From assembly GCA_050115495.1 (NCBI GenBank), contig JASFQK010000033.1, positions 1 through 64,000 of the forward strand: 64,000 bases of DNA. Direction: 5' to 3'. This document shows positions 42,948 through 52,859 of the stretch, piece after piece. The stretch is from Phycisphaerae bacterium. GTDB lineage: Bacteria; Planctomycetota; Phycisphaerae; UBA1845; Fen-1342. Below the pieces are notes generated by a model, which worked only from the letters and a program-made list of their open reading frames with translations, was not told where the DNA came from and made no database searches. Positions within the stretch are counted from its first letter, which is position 1; the number at the start of each line of letters is the position of its first letter. Made by a program: the position numbers and the translations under genes.

Positions 42948-44425
42948 GATGTTCCGGCACTTCCGTTGATGGCCTTGGACGCCACGATGCGCTTCAGGAA
43001 CACCTGCATCACGTCACGGTACAAACCGCGCTTGAGGACGCAGTCTTCAAAGCCATGGTCGATGTTGGGGTTGTCGTTGATCTCGATCACGTACACGCGG
43101 CGGCCGACCTGCTTCAGATCCACGCCGTACAGGCCGTTGCCGATCAGCCGCGCCGCCCGCAGCGCTGTCTTGATGACCAATTCCGGCACTTCGGCCACCG
43201 GCACCGCGGCCACCTTTCCGTCCTGGGTGTGTCCGTCCGCGTCCCGCCGCACGATCTGCCAGTGCGACGGTGCCATGTGGTACCGGGCGGCAAACAGCGG
43301 CCGGTTGTCCAGCACGCCGATGCGCCAGTCGAACTCCGTCGGCAGGAACTCCTGGGCGACGACCAGCTCCGAGTCCTCCAGCATCGGTTCCAGCGCCGCC
43401 TCGAGGGCCTGCGGGTCCTCGACTTTGGACACGCCCTGCGAAAAGGCGCCGTCCGGCCGCTTCAGCACGCAGGGCAGGCCCAATTCGCGCAGGATCGCGT
43501 CGCGCGTGTCGCGGTTGACGACGACCGTTCGCGGATGCGGAATGCCGTAGCGCTCCAGCAATTCGGCCAGGAACACCTTGTTCCCGCACTTGAGAATCGA
43601 CTCCGGATCGTCCAGCACCACCAGCCGCTCCGCTGCCGCCCGCCGGGCGAAGCGGTACGTGTGGTGGTTAACGGCGGTCGTCTCGCGAATAAACAGGGCG
43701 TCGAACTCGGCCAGCCGGGCGTAGTCGTCCTTCTGGATCAGCTCGACGCTCAGTTGTAGCCGCCGGCCTTCCGCCGCGAAGTAGGTCAAAGCCCCTTCGT
43801 TCGACGGCGGCGTGCGCTCGTTTGGGTCGTACAGGATGGCCAGGTCGTAGACGGTCTCCGAGCGAACGTAGGCCCGCTCGCGCTTCTGCTCGAAGTAGGC
43901 CTGGGCCGCGGCGCAGGCGAAGTCGCGGTGCGCCTCGGGGATCTCGTTGGCCGACACCGCCCGGATGCCCTTCAGCCGCCAGCCGTCCCGCTTCCGCTCG
44001 AACTCGGCCCGCAGCAGCGGCGCCCGGAACAGCCGGAACAGGTGCCCGGCCAGCTTGTCGTAGCGTTTCGCCAGGTTCTGCCCGAAGTAGATGCTCAACA
44101 CAAACGCCGACGATTGCACCGGCCGCAGGGACCGCTGCATCAGCGCTTCGAGTTCGTCCGAGGCGTGCCGCTTCATCGCCTCGAGCTTCATGTCCTGGAT
44201 GGTCGTGATGCTCGGCAGCGGCTTGTGCCCGCGGGCCATCGCCAGCAGCGATACGTAATACCCCGTCGCCTGGTAGCGGTAGGACCGGCACAGGTTGAAC
44301 ACCCGCACACCCCGCCGGGTCGCGTATGCCGTGCTCGTGAGGTACTCCTTGGCGGCGATGGTCTCGACGTTCGGAATGCGCAGCGGCGATGTCTGCGGAT
44401 TGTCAACAACGATGAGAGGGAGCAA
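42944..44425 (-). CDS. RimK-family ATP-grasp ligase with N-terminal RLAN-like domain
   Basis: NLCRSYRY..GYYVSLLA.ARGH, DALFIRETT, LKRPDGAFS, QEFLPTEFDWRIG, IEINDNPNID. Confidence 0.9.
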   Translation of the reverse strand: MLPLIVVDNPQTSPLRIPNVETIAAKEYLTSTAYATRRGVRVFNLCRSYRYQATGYYVSLLAMARGHKPLPSITTIQDMKLEAMKRHASDELEALMQRSLRPVQSSAFVLSIYFGQNLAKRYDKLAGHLFRLFRAPLLRAEFERKRDGWRLKGIRAVSANEIPEAHRDFACAAAQAYFEQKRERAYVRSETVYDLAILYDPNERTPPSNEGALTYFAAEGRRLQLSVELIQKDDYARLAEFDALFIRETTAVNHHTYRFARRAAAERLVVLDDPESILKCGNKVFLAELLERYGIPHPRTVVVNRDTRDAILRELGLPCVLKRPDGAFSQGVSKVEDPQALEAALEPMLEDSELVVAQEFLPTEFDWRIGVLDNRPLFAARYHMAPSHWQIVRRDADGHTQDGKVAAVPVAEVPELVIKTALRAARLIGNGLYGVDLKQVGRRVYVIEINDNPNIDHGFEDCVLKRGLYRDVMQVFLKRIVASKAINGSAGTS

Positions 44426-45146
44426 GTGTGGTCCTCTTCCGTTTGCCGCGCGGTTCGATCACCAGCAGATTCGCGTCGTAGGTGAGCACACCCAGCAGAA
44501 TGGCGCAGAGCACGCGCTCGATCGCCACGGCATACACATTGCCGAGGCTCAGCGGGTTCGGATGCAGCGGGTCGGCGATGTGCACCGTCCGCTGCTCCTT
44601 GTCGTAGCCGCACAGCAGGACGAAATGCCCCGCCGGCAGGCCACGCACATCATCTTCGTCGCTCTCCGGCCCGTACTCCCGCGGCGCCCGGTACAAGTAT
44701 GTCGAGCTCAGCCCCGTCAGCACGGGCGTGCCCGCTACCAGGTGTCGGCGAATGAGCCGCGTCGTCAGATCCTCGAAGCGCACCACGCCCCCCAGTTGTA
44801 GGAACTCCAGGTACGCCCCGGTCGCCGCCCGCAACTTCTCGTCCTTCTTGGCCGCCGCCTGGGCGATCAGCTTGGCCCGCAGGTCGGTGCCCGCCGCGGT
44901 GAACCACGTCGGGTCGAACATCTGCACGCTGTACGTGTAGATCGTCGCTCCGTATCCCCGCTGCAACGCGTGATTGGCCAGCATCACAGCCAGCGTGCCC
45001 CCGCCCTCGAGGCGCGGAACCTCGTCGATTACGGTGCCGAGCGGAATCGCGTCTCCCCAGTAGCGGTACACGGCGTGCAAACACGTCGGCCCGCACGTCT
45101 CGTCGTCCGGCTGAGGGAGGATCTGCAATTCCAAAGGGGCGGCCAT
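44403..45146 (-). CDS. Papain-fold C39-like peptidase
   Basis: QPDDETCGPTCL (Cys), GHFVLL.GYD (His), IADP (Asp). Confidence 0.82.
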   Translation of the reverse strand: MAAPLELQILPQPDDETCGPTCLHAVYRYWGDAIPLGTVIDEVPRLEGGGTLAVMLANHALQRGYGATIYTYSVQMFDPTWFTAAGTDLRAKLIAQAAAKKDEKLRAATGAYLEFLQLGGVVRFEDLTTRLIRRHLVAGTPVLTGLSSTYLYRAPREYGPESDEDDVRGLPAGHFVLLCGYDKEQRTVHIADPLHPNPLSLGNVYAVAIERVLCAILLGVLTYDANLLVIEPRGKRKRTTLAPSHRC

Positions 45147-45349
45147 GTATGTCGTCTCCGGTCCCACATCACGCGACGATTATAGCACACCCCGAACACC
45201 GACAGATCACCGCCTGCCGCCGTCCAAAACCCCCTCAATCCACCCGCCCGGCGCAGTACAATGAGCACGTAGCGTCCGGCCTCTGCACCGAACGTCTTAC
45301 GTCGCATCCGGACTCAGCGCTGGCAAATCCCACCCCGAGGAGAAACACG

Positions 45350-46693
45350 ATGGTTCAGGACGGGAAAGACGTCGGCGGCGACCTCCGCCGCATCAGCCGT
45401 AGAGGATTCTGCAAGGCCGCCGCCGCCAGTCTCGGCGGCATCACACTCGGCAGCTACTTCGGTGCCACGCCGGCCCGGGCCGAGACCGCCGGCCCGCTCC
45501 TCCCGCCCCTCAACACCGGCCGCTCCCTCGAGATCTGCCTGAACAGCCGGGTCTCCCGGCACTCCGGGCTGGGTGGGACGGCGAGCGACCAGCAGATCGC
45601 CAACATCCTCTGGGCCGCCGGCCGGGCCCCGTTCGTCGGTAGTTATAGGACGATCAACTGCGCGACCCCTCACGGCACCTACATCTACCATCCTGAGACG
45701 CACTCGCTCGAATACGTCTCCGGCAGCACGGTGACGAACGCCTTGCGCATCACCTACGACCGCCAGCTCGACTTCGACGCTGGCGTCTCGTACATGCCCG
45801 CCCTCGCCGCCTCCGTCGCCCTCTGGACCGGAACGTCCTCGCAGGTGGTCAGTTGCCCGCAGATGGCCAACCTGAACTTCGGTATCAATAGCATCGCCGG
45901 CCTGACCGACCAGCTCGTGGCGATCTCCTCCGATGGCTCCCTGCCCGACCCCGTCACCGACGGCGACAACAGCCTGGAGACAGTCCTGGCCGGCCTTCGC
46001 CTCCGGGATCGGTTACGGGCCGACGTCGACCTCAGCCTGGAGCATCTCTCCCAACTCCTCTGGGCGGGATACGGCTGTGCCGCGCACATGACCGCCAACA
46101 ATCGCGCGGGTCTGACCGCCCCTTCGTGGGTCGCCGAGTATTTCCTGACGAATCGGATCTACATCGTCGACCAGCGCGTTACGCGCTACTGCAACCGCGT
46201 CGGCTCGAATCTCACCACGCGCGACCACCGGCTCGATCTCGTTCAGGACGCCGACGTCCGCGCCCAGCTTCAGGCGGCGCTGCCGAGCCTGCCCGAGGCC
46301 CCGTGCTACGTCCTGCTGTGCCTGACCGCGGCGGGCCTGGACGTGTGGTACCAGCGTCTTGAGACCGGCTTCGTCGCCGGCGGCATGCTCATGCAGGCCG
46401 GCGCGATCGGCCTCGGCTGCGCGTTCAAGGCGGCGCTGAATCCGACAGAACGCGCCAACGTGCAGCAAATCACGGGCATACCGACCACCGACTGCCCGCA
46501 CGCGGTGGTCGCGATCGGCCACGTGCCGGCGGACCTCGACGGCGATGGCGACGTCGACGCCGCCGACCTCGCCGCCTTCACCGGCTGCCTGAACGGCCCC
46601 GACAACCCCCCCGGCGCCGGCTGCGAACCGACCGACCTCGACCTCGACAACGACACCGACCTGACCGACTACTCGGAGTTCCAACGCCGGTAG
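45350..46693 (+). CDS. Tat-exported duplicated nitroreductase-fold (SagB/ThcOx-like) protein with EF-hand/dockerin-like tail
   Basis: SRRGFCK Tat motif, two LP...SLE..L..R motifs, ILWAA/LLWAG, ETG..A..M.MQA.AIGLG and DLDGDGDVDAAD. Confidence 0.7.
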   Translation: MVQDGKDVGGDLRRISRRGFCKAAAASLGGITLGSYFGATPARAETAGPLLPPLNTGRSLEICLNSRVSRHSGLGGTASDQQIANILWAAGRAPFVGSYRTINCATPHGTYIYHPETHSLEYVSGSTVTNALRITYDRQLDFDAGVSYMPALAASVALWTGTSSQVVSCPQMANLNFGINSIAGLTDQLVAISSDGSLPDPVTDGDNSLETVLAGLRLRDRLRADVDLSLEHLSQLLWAGYGCAAHMTANNRAGLTAPSWVAEYFLTNRIYIVDQRVTRYCNRVGSNLTTRDHRLDLVQDADVRAQLQAALPSLPEAPCYVLLCLTAAGLDVWYQRLETGFVAGGMLMQAGAIGLGCAFKAALNPTERANVQQITGIPTTDCPHAVVAIGHVPADLDGDGDVDAADLAAFTGCLNGPDNPPGAGCEPTDLDLDNDTDLTDYSEFQRR

Positions 46694-46889
46694 CGCAGCG
46701 GGCCGCCGCGCCGTCCGACACACAACCACGTGTCTCAATAAGGTGTGTCTCAATCAGGTGTGGTCGAGTTCGTCGCTCCCGACAAACGGCAGTAGTCGCG
46801 TCCCACGCAGTCTACACAAGTCCATGCGTATACTCGTCCGGACGTTAATACGTCCGGACTTGTACGCAACTATAGCCACAATGTCTCGT

Positions 46890-47312
46890 TTACGCTTCCG
46901 GGCGGTGGTTGGGTGGCGGTGTGACAATCGGGGGCGGAATTTCTTGCCTTTGGCCAATTGGGCACGATGCGCAGTCGCCGTCTCGTGGTGTTTGCACACC
47001 AGCCGCGCGTTGCTCATAGCACGGCCGCGGGCCATTGCGCGGAATGGGACACCGGTCGGCGTAGGTGCAGCCGGCTGCTCGCCAGCAGGCGGAGTACGCC
47101 AGGAGCGTGCCGATGCTACTGAGCGTGAACCCCTGGTCCTGTATCAGAGATCGGATGGCGCGAATCTGTGAAATGTGGTGTTCGGTGTAGAGCCGATCGC
47201 CCGTCTTTTCCTCACGCGCTGGCCGAACCAGGCCCGCCCGCTCGTACTCGATGATTCGCCGCGTGGAAATGCCCAGTTCCCTCGCCACGTGGCCGATCTT
47301 GCAGAATCTCAC
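46890..47312 (-). CDS. MerR-family transcriptional regulator with Cys-rich C-terminus
   Basis: KIGHVARELGISTRRIIEYERAGLVRPAR..GDRLYT. C-terminus CW...C...CP...CY...C..CP. GGGGAG RBS and GTG start. Confidence 0.85.
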   Translation of the reverse strand: MRFCKIGHVARELGISTRRIIEYERAGLVRPAREEKTGDRLYTEHHISQIRAIRSLIQDQGFTLSSIGTLLAYSACWRAAGCTYADRCPIPRNGPRPCYEQRAAGVQTPRDGDCASCPIGQRQEIPPPIVTPPPNHRPEA

Positions 47313-47770
47313 AACAAACTCCCCATTCCAGAGCCGGTGTGTCGTTAACGCCTGCTGCGCCACGGGCCGGGCGCGCCACCCATTCGGCAGAGCGGCCAAC
47401 AGGCATTCGAGCACGCGGCGAGGTAGGGCGAGGGGGGCAACACGCGCGCGGCAGGCGCACGCAGCCCTGGGCAGAGAAGCGCGATTAAGCTCTTGCTTGC
47501 ATACCCCACAGACAATCGCCTCTGGGCAGTCGCGGCACGTTGCCGTCGCGCCGGGATTGGCCTGCAGCCGTCAGTGCTCTTCCAGGTAACCCGCACCTAT
47601 GATGTATTTTGGCGCGGCCCAAGGCAGACGTCAAGTTGTCCAGGCACGTACCCGTCGGACAATAATGCCACAGCATAATTGGGCGCGACCTGCTAAGGTG
47701 TGTCGCCGCGGCCCGGCGCAACAGAACGCTGCATGGAGGTCTGTTCGAACGGAAGCGCCGCCGCGCGTCG

Positions 47771-48034
47771 TTGCCGCGCACGAGTGAGTTCACTCTCCGG
47801 AGAACGCTGGTGTATGTTGTCGCGGTCGTCGGGCCAGATGTGGTGAGTGAGGAGCGCTTGGTTTCCTCGTGCCGGGGCGCGCTGCGCGTCGCGCGCGGTT
47901 ACAAGCGGGCTTTGCCGGGGGCGACGATTCGCGTTTGGGATGAGGACGGCCGGCAGGTGCAGTGCTGGGCCGAGGGTCGTTTCCGCTTCAAAGGCGGCTT
48001 CTCCCGCCCGGAGCCGAACGCCGGCGAGGTCTGA
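47771..48034 (+). CDS. Hypothetical small protein
   Basis: Compositionally protein-like ORF in an otherwise empty gap. Start uncertain. Confidence 0.35.
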   Translation: MPRTSEFTLRRTLVYVVAVVGPDVVSEERLVSSCRGALRVARGYKRALPGATIRVWDEDGRQVQCWAEGRFRFKGGFSRPEPNAGEV

Positions 48035-48074
48035 GCGAAGACGGCTCCCCCGCCGCGACGCGCGTCACTTCGCC

Positions 48075-49853
48075 TTACGGCGTCGTGATCTTCCACACGG
48101 CCTGATCGACACCCACGAGCCAGTTGGGGATCACCTGCGGGTCGGCGTCTCGCCAGCTCAACTGCGCTCTCATGTGCAGCGTGCCGGGCTCGATGAAGCG
48201 CGCCGGATCGCCGGTGACCGTCACGGTCGTCACGGTGTCGGGACGCGGCGCCTTGCGCTCGTCGACGATCTCGTACTGGCCGGTGACGTAGTTGAGCAGC
48301 TCGATGCGCTGGAAGATGGACAGCGGCGCGTAGGTCGTCGCCTCGACCTTGAATTCCAGCGAGGCGGGGTTGGGAAGCGCCGCCGTAGCGTGCACGAGCA
48401 CACGCACCGGCGCATCGCCCGAGGAACGCCGCGGCCGCGACCGGAACGTCACGCGGTCATTGTCGCTCTGGAACAGGTTGGCCACGCCGCCGGCGAAAAG
48501 CTGCCCGCGCATCGTCGTGAACGTGTCGGGCATGGTGTTTTCCACCATATTGATCACGCCTTCGATGGCCTGCCGGGCGTTCAGCCGGCCGTAGCCGAAG
48601 TACGGGTCGAAGCCGATATCTCCGATGTCGTCCGCGCTGCCCCGCAGCACGAAGCGCACCTGCTCGGGCGTGAGGTTGGGCTTGATCGTGTACATCAGGG
48701 CGACGACGCCCGTCACGTGCGGGGCGGCCATGCTCGTGCCGGTGTAGAAGTCGTAGTCCTGCGGGCCGCCGGCCACCGCCGAATACACGTTCACCGCCGG
48801 TGCGGCCAGGTCCATGTGATTGCCGTAGTTGGAGGACCCGTAGCGCTCGTCGTTGGCGTCGGTGCCGGAGACCGCGATCGTCGTGTCGTAGGCCGCCGGG
48901 AAGTAGGGGATGCCGATGTTATCGTTGCCCGCGGCGCAGACCACGAGGACGCCGTGCGCGTAGGCGTAGGCGCACGCCTCGCGGACGACGTCGGCGTCAT
49001 AGGTGGAGCCGCCGCTGAAGTTGATCACGGTCGCCCCATTGTCCGTCGCGTAGTAGATCGCCTCGGCCAGGTGGCCGTGCGTCGACGAGCCGTCCACGAA
49101 GACGAGCAGCGGCATGATGGTGAAGTTGCCGAGACCGGCCATACCCACACCGTTGTTCAGCCGCGCCGCCGCGATACCGGCCACGTGGCTGCCGTGGCCA
49201 TCCGTGTCCTCCGGGTCAGCGTCTCCGTGGCCGAAATCCCAGCCGATCTCGTCATCGACGAAGCCGTTCTCGTCGTCGTCGATCCCGTTCGGTGGATCAT
49301 CGTTCACCCAGACGGCGCCGTCCTGGAAATCCTCGTGGCCGAAGTTCAGCCCCGAGTCGACGATGGCCACGATGACCGAGGCGTCGCCCGTGGTCGTGTC
49401 CCACGCCGTCTCCGCCTGGATGATCTGCGGCCCGTACTGCTGGTTGTAGAGCGGATCGTTCGGGGCGAAGGCCATCCGGGCGAGGTAGTTCGGCTCCGCG
49501 TAGGCCACCCCGGGCAGTTGGGCGATCGCCTGGGCCATCGCCGGGATGTCCGCGTTGCCCAGCCCCCGGATGATGCGGACGCGGCTCAGCGGGTGCGGCG
49601 CCTCGCCCTGCCCCCGGGCGTGCGCGGCGTGGGCCAACGGCTGCCAGGACGCCCCCGCGGGCAGCGTCGCCACCACGCCGTCGATGTCGGACGGCGCCGA
49701 GATATCCTCGAAGGCCACGATCAATTCGCCGGGGACCCAGTCCGTGCCGGCGAGGACGCCGCGCTTGGCGCCTTTGCCGGGGCCGGCCGCCGCCGCCGTG
49801 CACAGACACCATCCGAGCACCCCCACGACACCCGCCATTGCCCAGAGCTTCAT
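48075..49853 (-). CDS. Secreted subtilisin-like S8 peptidase
   Basis: Signal peptide, YAEPNY propeptide, VAIVDSG, HGSHVAG, AAGN, GTSMAAPHV. Confidence 0.95.
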   Translation of the reverse strand: MKLWAMAGVVGVLGWCLCTAAAAGPGKGAKRGVLAGTDWVPGELIVAFEDISAPSDIDGVVATLPAGASWQPLAHAAHARGQGEAPHPLSRVRIIRGLGNADIPAMAQAIAQLPGVAYAEPNYLARMAFAPNDPLYNQQYGPQIIQAETAWDTTTGDASVIVAIVDSGLNFGHEDFQDGAVWVNDDPPNGIDDDENGFVDDEIGWDFGHGDADPEDTDGHGSHVAGIAAARLNNGVGMAGLGNFTIMPLLVFVDGSSTHGHLAEAIYYATDNGATVINFSGGSTYDADVVREACAYAYAHGVLVVCAAGNDNIGIPYFPAAYDTTIAVSGTDANDERYGSSNYGNHMDLAAPAVNVYSAVAGGPQDYDFYTGTSMAAPHVTGVVALMYTIKPNLTPEQVRFVLRGSADDIGDIGFDPYFGYGRLNARQAIEGVINMVENTMPDTFTTMRGQLFAGGVANLFQSDNDRVTFRSRPRRSSGDAPVRVLVHATAALPNPASLEFKVEATTYAPLSIFQRIELLNYVTGQYEIVDERKAPRPDTVTTVTVTGDPARFIEPGTLHMRAQLSWRDADPQVIPNWLVGVDQAVWKITTP

Positions 49854-50238
49854 CGTCTGCACTCCTCGACCAGCGCCGGCGCAACAGCCGGCGGACAGGC
49901 ATTAACCTATTACATATTGTCGGTGCTTACGCGATCGAAACGAAACGCACCGCTTCCCCTTATCGAAGTTTAGCCCCTTGGACGGCAAAACCCAACGGCT
50001 TTCCGGCCTCCGGCGGGGGGGCTCGCGGCACGCGCATGGGGCCGCCGGTTGACCGTCTGCGCCCCGTCTGCTAGCATTTCGTCCGGCTTCGTCCGGCTGC
50101 GCCTGGATCGCGCCGGCGGGCCGCGCGGGCGGGTGGTCCGCAGCACGTCCTCTAATCATCGCCGGCCGCGCTGCTTGGTGTCGGCCGTCGGATGGCGGAC
50201 ATGGGAACCGGAGATCCGAGCAACAGGGTGGCATAACC

Positions 50239-50445
50239 ATGAAACACACGTGGCATTCGCGCTGGTTGGCGCTGTGCGGCCTGGCCGTCGGCATCCTGTG
50301 TCAGGCAGGCCCCTGCGCAGCGCTGGTGCAGTCGGAGGAGGGACGTCAGTTGCTGGGTCAGACGGCCCAGCAGACCGCCGTCAGCGCCTTCGCCGACACG
50401 TTGTTCTTCCTGCTCGACAATCTGCTGGTTCGGTTTTCCGGTTGA
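50239..50445 (+). CDS. Small exported or membrane peptide (68 aa)
   Basis: Signal-like N-terminus with Cys and an amphipathic C-terminal helix. Co-oriented with the downstream genes. Confidence 0.5.
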   Translation: MKHTWHSRWLALCGLAVGILCQAGPCAALVQSEEGRQLLGQTAQQTAVSAFADTLFFLLDNLLVRFSG

Positions 50446-50483
50446 ACCGGCTGAACCAGCCCAACTGACAAGGAACACTGCTC

Positions 50484-50672
50484 ATGTGGAAACGGCTTGC
50501 TTCGTTGAGGTGCCTGGCTGGCAGTCTGTCCCTGCTGGCCATCGGCGGCTGCTTCACCGGCGCGCAGCTCGGGGACTTCGCTCGCACGGAGTTCGCCCGT
50601 CTGACAGCGGATTTCGTCGGCCAGCTTCTGTCGACCTTCGTGCAGTCCGCCAGCACGTTCTCGGTGCAGTAA
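50484..50672 (+). CDS. Small putative lipoprotein (62 aa)
   Basis: AAGGA RBS, LAIGGC lipobox and an amphipathic helix. Confidence 0.55.
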   Translation: MWKRLASLRCLAGSLSLLAIGGCFTGAQLGDFARTEFARLTADFVGQLLSTFVQSASTFSVQ

Positions 50673-50723
50673 CCCCCGGACGCAAGCGGTGAACGGGGGC
50701 CGGCCGGCGCGCGGTCCGGCCAC

Positions 50724-50751
50724 CGGCGCGGCCGAGAGCCGCGCCGCTACG
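50724..50751. repeat. GTAG-type REP-like palindrome
   Basis: Minus strand reads CGTAG-CGGCGCGGC-TCTCG-GCCGCGCCG. Confidence 0.6.
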
Positions 50752-50783
50752 GTTCGGAGTTCATCTCTCTGGGGAGTAGGCAC

Positions 50784-52823
50784 ATGCGCTGCTCGTCACG
50801 CGTCCATCGTCGAAGCTGGTGGCTCGGGGTTGTCGGCCTGAGTCTGGTCCTGGCCCTTGGTCCGCAGGTTGGCGCCGCCCAACCCGCCGATCCTCCGCCA
50901 TCCGCCGCCAACACCGTGAAGCTCAACCAGGGTATCGCCGCCTACCATGCCGGCATCACCCTGGGCCAGTACGGGGAGGCTCGGCAGATCCTGGAGGAGC
51001 TGCTGGTCGAAGAGCCGCACAACGCTGCCGCGCTCTACTACCTCGGCCTGATCTACCTCTCCGACGGCTTGCAGGCCGCCGCCAAAGCGGAGAGCCTCTC
51101 CGCCGAAGCCGAGCAGCTTGCCGCCGCCGCCACGCCGGACGAGGCGGCCGTTTCGGCGAAGGCTGCCGAGGCCCGGAAGAAGGCGACCGAGGCCCGCACG
51201 TTGTTCGCCGTCGGCCGCGAGCACCTCAAACGCGTGATCGAGCTGGCCGACCGGGAGCTGGCCGACCCGCACCTGGTTCCGGTTCAGGCCGCGCTGTTCC
51301 TCGGCATTGCGCAGCTCGCCAGCCAGGACGAGAGCATCCGGGCCGAGGCCGCCCAGTACGCCCTCGACGGCAAGCGCACCCTGGAAACCTACGTGGCCGG
51401 CGAGGGCGACAGCGATCCCCTCGGCCACTTCTTCCTCGCCGTGGCCTGCTACCGGTTGGCCACGCCGCTCGAGTCCGAGCAGCCGGTCGGTGACCGGGCG
51501 GCCCTGCTGCGCCAGGCGATGAACGAGTTGGGGCAGGTGCGGGCCCTGCTCGCCACCGAGGGCGGCATTCCCGCCGCCGACGAAGCCCGCATTCTGTACT
51601 ACGAGGGCCTTGTCCTGCTCGCCCAGCGCGCTCACCCCCAGGCCGTCGAGAAGCTCGAAGGCGTGATCGAGCGCGACGAGGGCGGCTTGCTGGCCAAGAA
51701 CGCCGAGGAGCTCGTCGGCCAGGTCCGGCGCCGCGAGGCCCTCAGCCCCGAGCCGATCACCTGGCACAGCCCGATCGGTCCCCTCCGCTTCGAGGGTGAC
51801 GTGACCATCGGCGGCTTTCACGACACGAACGTCATTTTGCTCGGAGAGAACACCGCCCTGCCGCAAGGCATCCCGGATGAGGCCGACCACCGCTTCGGCG
51901 TCGAGGCCGGCTTCGACATCACCCGCCTGCTCACCTCGACCGACGACCGCATTCTCGGCGAGACGCTGCTCCTCGGCGTCGGCGGCACCACGGCGCACTT
52001 CTGGCAGCCGAGCATCGGCGAGTTCGACGTGAACTCCTATTCCGGCCGGGCCTACTTGAACTGGGAGCCTTTCCGCACGGTGTACCTCGGCCTGCAATAC
52101 GACTACGCCTACACGCAGCTCGGGCACGAGCCGTTCATTTCGAGCCATCGCCTGACGCCGGTCGTGTCGAAGATCTGGCTGCGGCCGCGGCAACACCCGC
52201 AGGATCCGGAACAGGTCCTCGGCCGTACCGATGTGTACTACAGCTTCGACGACCGCAACTACCTCGACAGCCTGCGGGACCGCCGCTTCGACCGCGACGG
52301 CAACTACCACTGTGTCGGCTTCACGCAGCGGTTCAACATCGTGCAGGCGTCGCAGATGTGGCCTGGGTACTACGCTCCCGCCGAGGATGGCCATCGCCGC
52401 GACTTCAGCGACGCCGCCCGCTGGCTCAGCGTCCGGGCCGGCTACGCCTTCCGCGACGAGCGCACCGGCGGCGACGAGTTCGATCTCCACGGCCACACGG
52501 TGCTGGCCGGTCTCGACGTGCCGCTGCCCTGGCGGCTCAGCTTCGGGCTGGCGGCGGAGTGGACCTGGGACGCCTACCAGCAGCCCAGCCTCTTCGACTT
52601 CGAGCGCAAGCGCCGCGCCGACTTCGTGCAGCACTATGACTTCGGCCTCACCCGCACCCTCGTCGGTCGTGGCGAGTGCAGCAGCCTGCGGACGCTCGAC
52701 GTCCGCCTGCGGGCCGGTGTGGATCTGACCATCCAGGACTCCAATATCTGGAACCGGCTCCACGAAGAGGTCTACTCCTACGATCGCTTTATCTACAGCG
52801 TGAAGCTGATGGTCTCGTTCTGA
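50784..52823 (+). CDS. TPR plus outer-membrane beta-barrel protein
   Basis: Signal peptide, ALYYLGLIY and YYEGLV TPR helices, alternating aromatic beta-strands and a terminal Phe (VKLMVSF). Confidence 0.75.
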   Translation: MRCSSRVHRRSWWLGVVGLSLVLALGPQVGAAQPADPPPSAANTVKLNQGIAAYHAGITLGQYGEARQILEELLVEEPHNAAALYYLGLIYLSDGLQAAAKAESLSAEAEQLAAAATPDEAAVSAKAAEARKKATEARTLFAVGREHLKRVIELADRELADPHLVPVQAALFLGIAQLASQDESIRAEAAQYALDGKRTLETYVAGEGDSDPLGHFFLAVACYRLATPLESEQPVGDRAALLRQAMNELGQVRALLATEGGIPAADEARILYYEGLVLLAQRAHPQAVEKLEGVIERDEGGLLAKNAEELVGQVRRREALSPEPITWHSPIGPLRFEGDVTIGGFHDTNVILLGENTALPQGIPDEADHRFGVEAGFDITRLLTSTDDRILGETLLLGVGGTTAHFWQPSIGEFDVNSYSGRAYLNWEPFRTVYLGLQYDYAYTQLGHEPFISSHRLTPVVSKIWLRPRQHPQDPEQVLGRTDVYYSFDDRNYLDSLRDRRFDRDGNYHCVGFTQRFNIVQASQMWPGYYAPAEDGHRRDFSDAARWLSVRAGYAFRDERTGGDEFDLHGHTVLAGLDVPLPWRLSFGLAAEWTWDAYQQPSLFDFERKRRADFVQHYDFGLTRTLVGRGECSSLRTLDVRLRAGVDLTIQDSNIWNRLHEEVYSYDRFIYSVKLMVSF

Positions 52824-52859
52824 CGGCCGGCTCTCGCCGGTCTGTCGCTGGAGGCAGCC

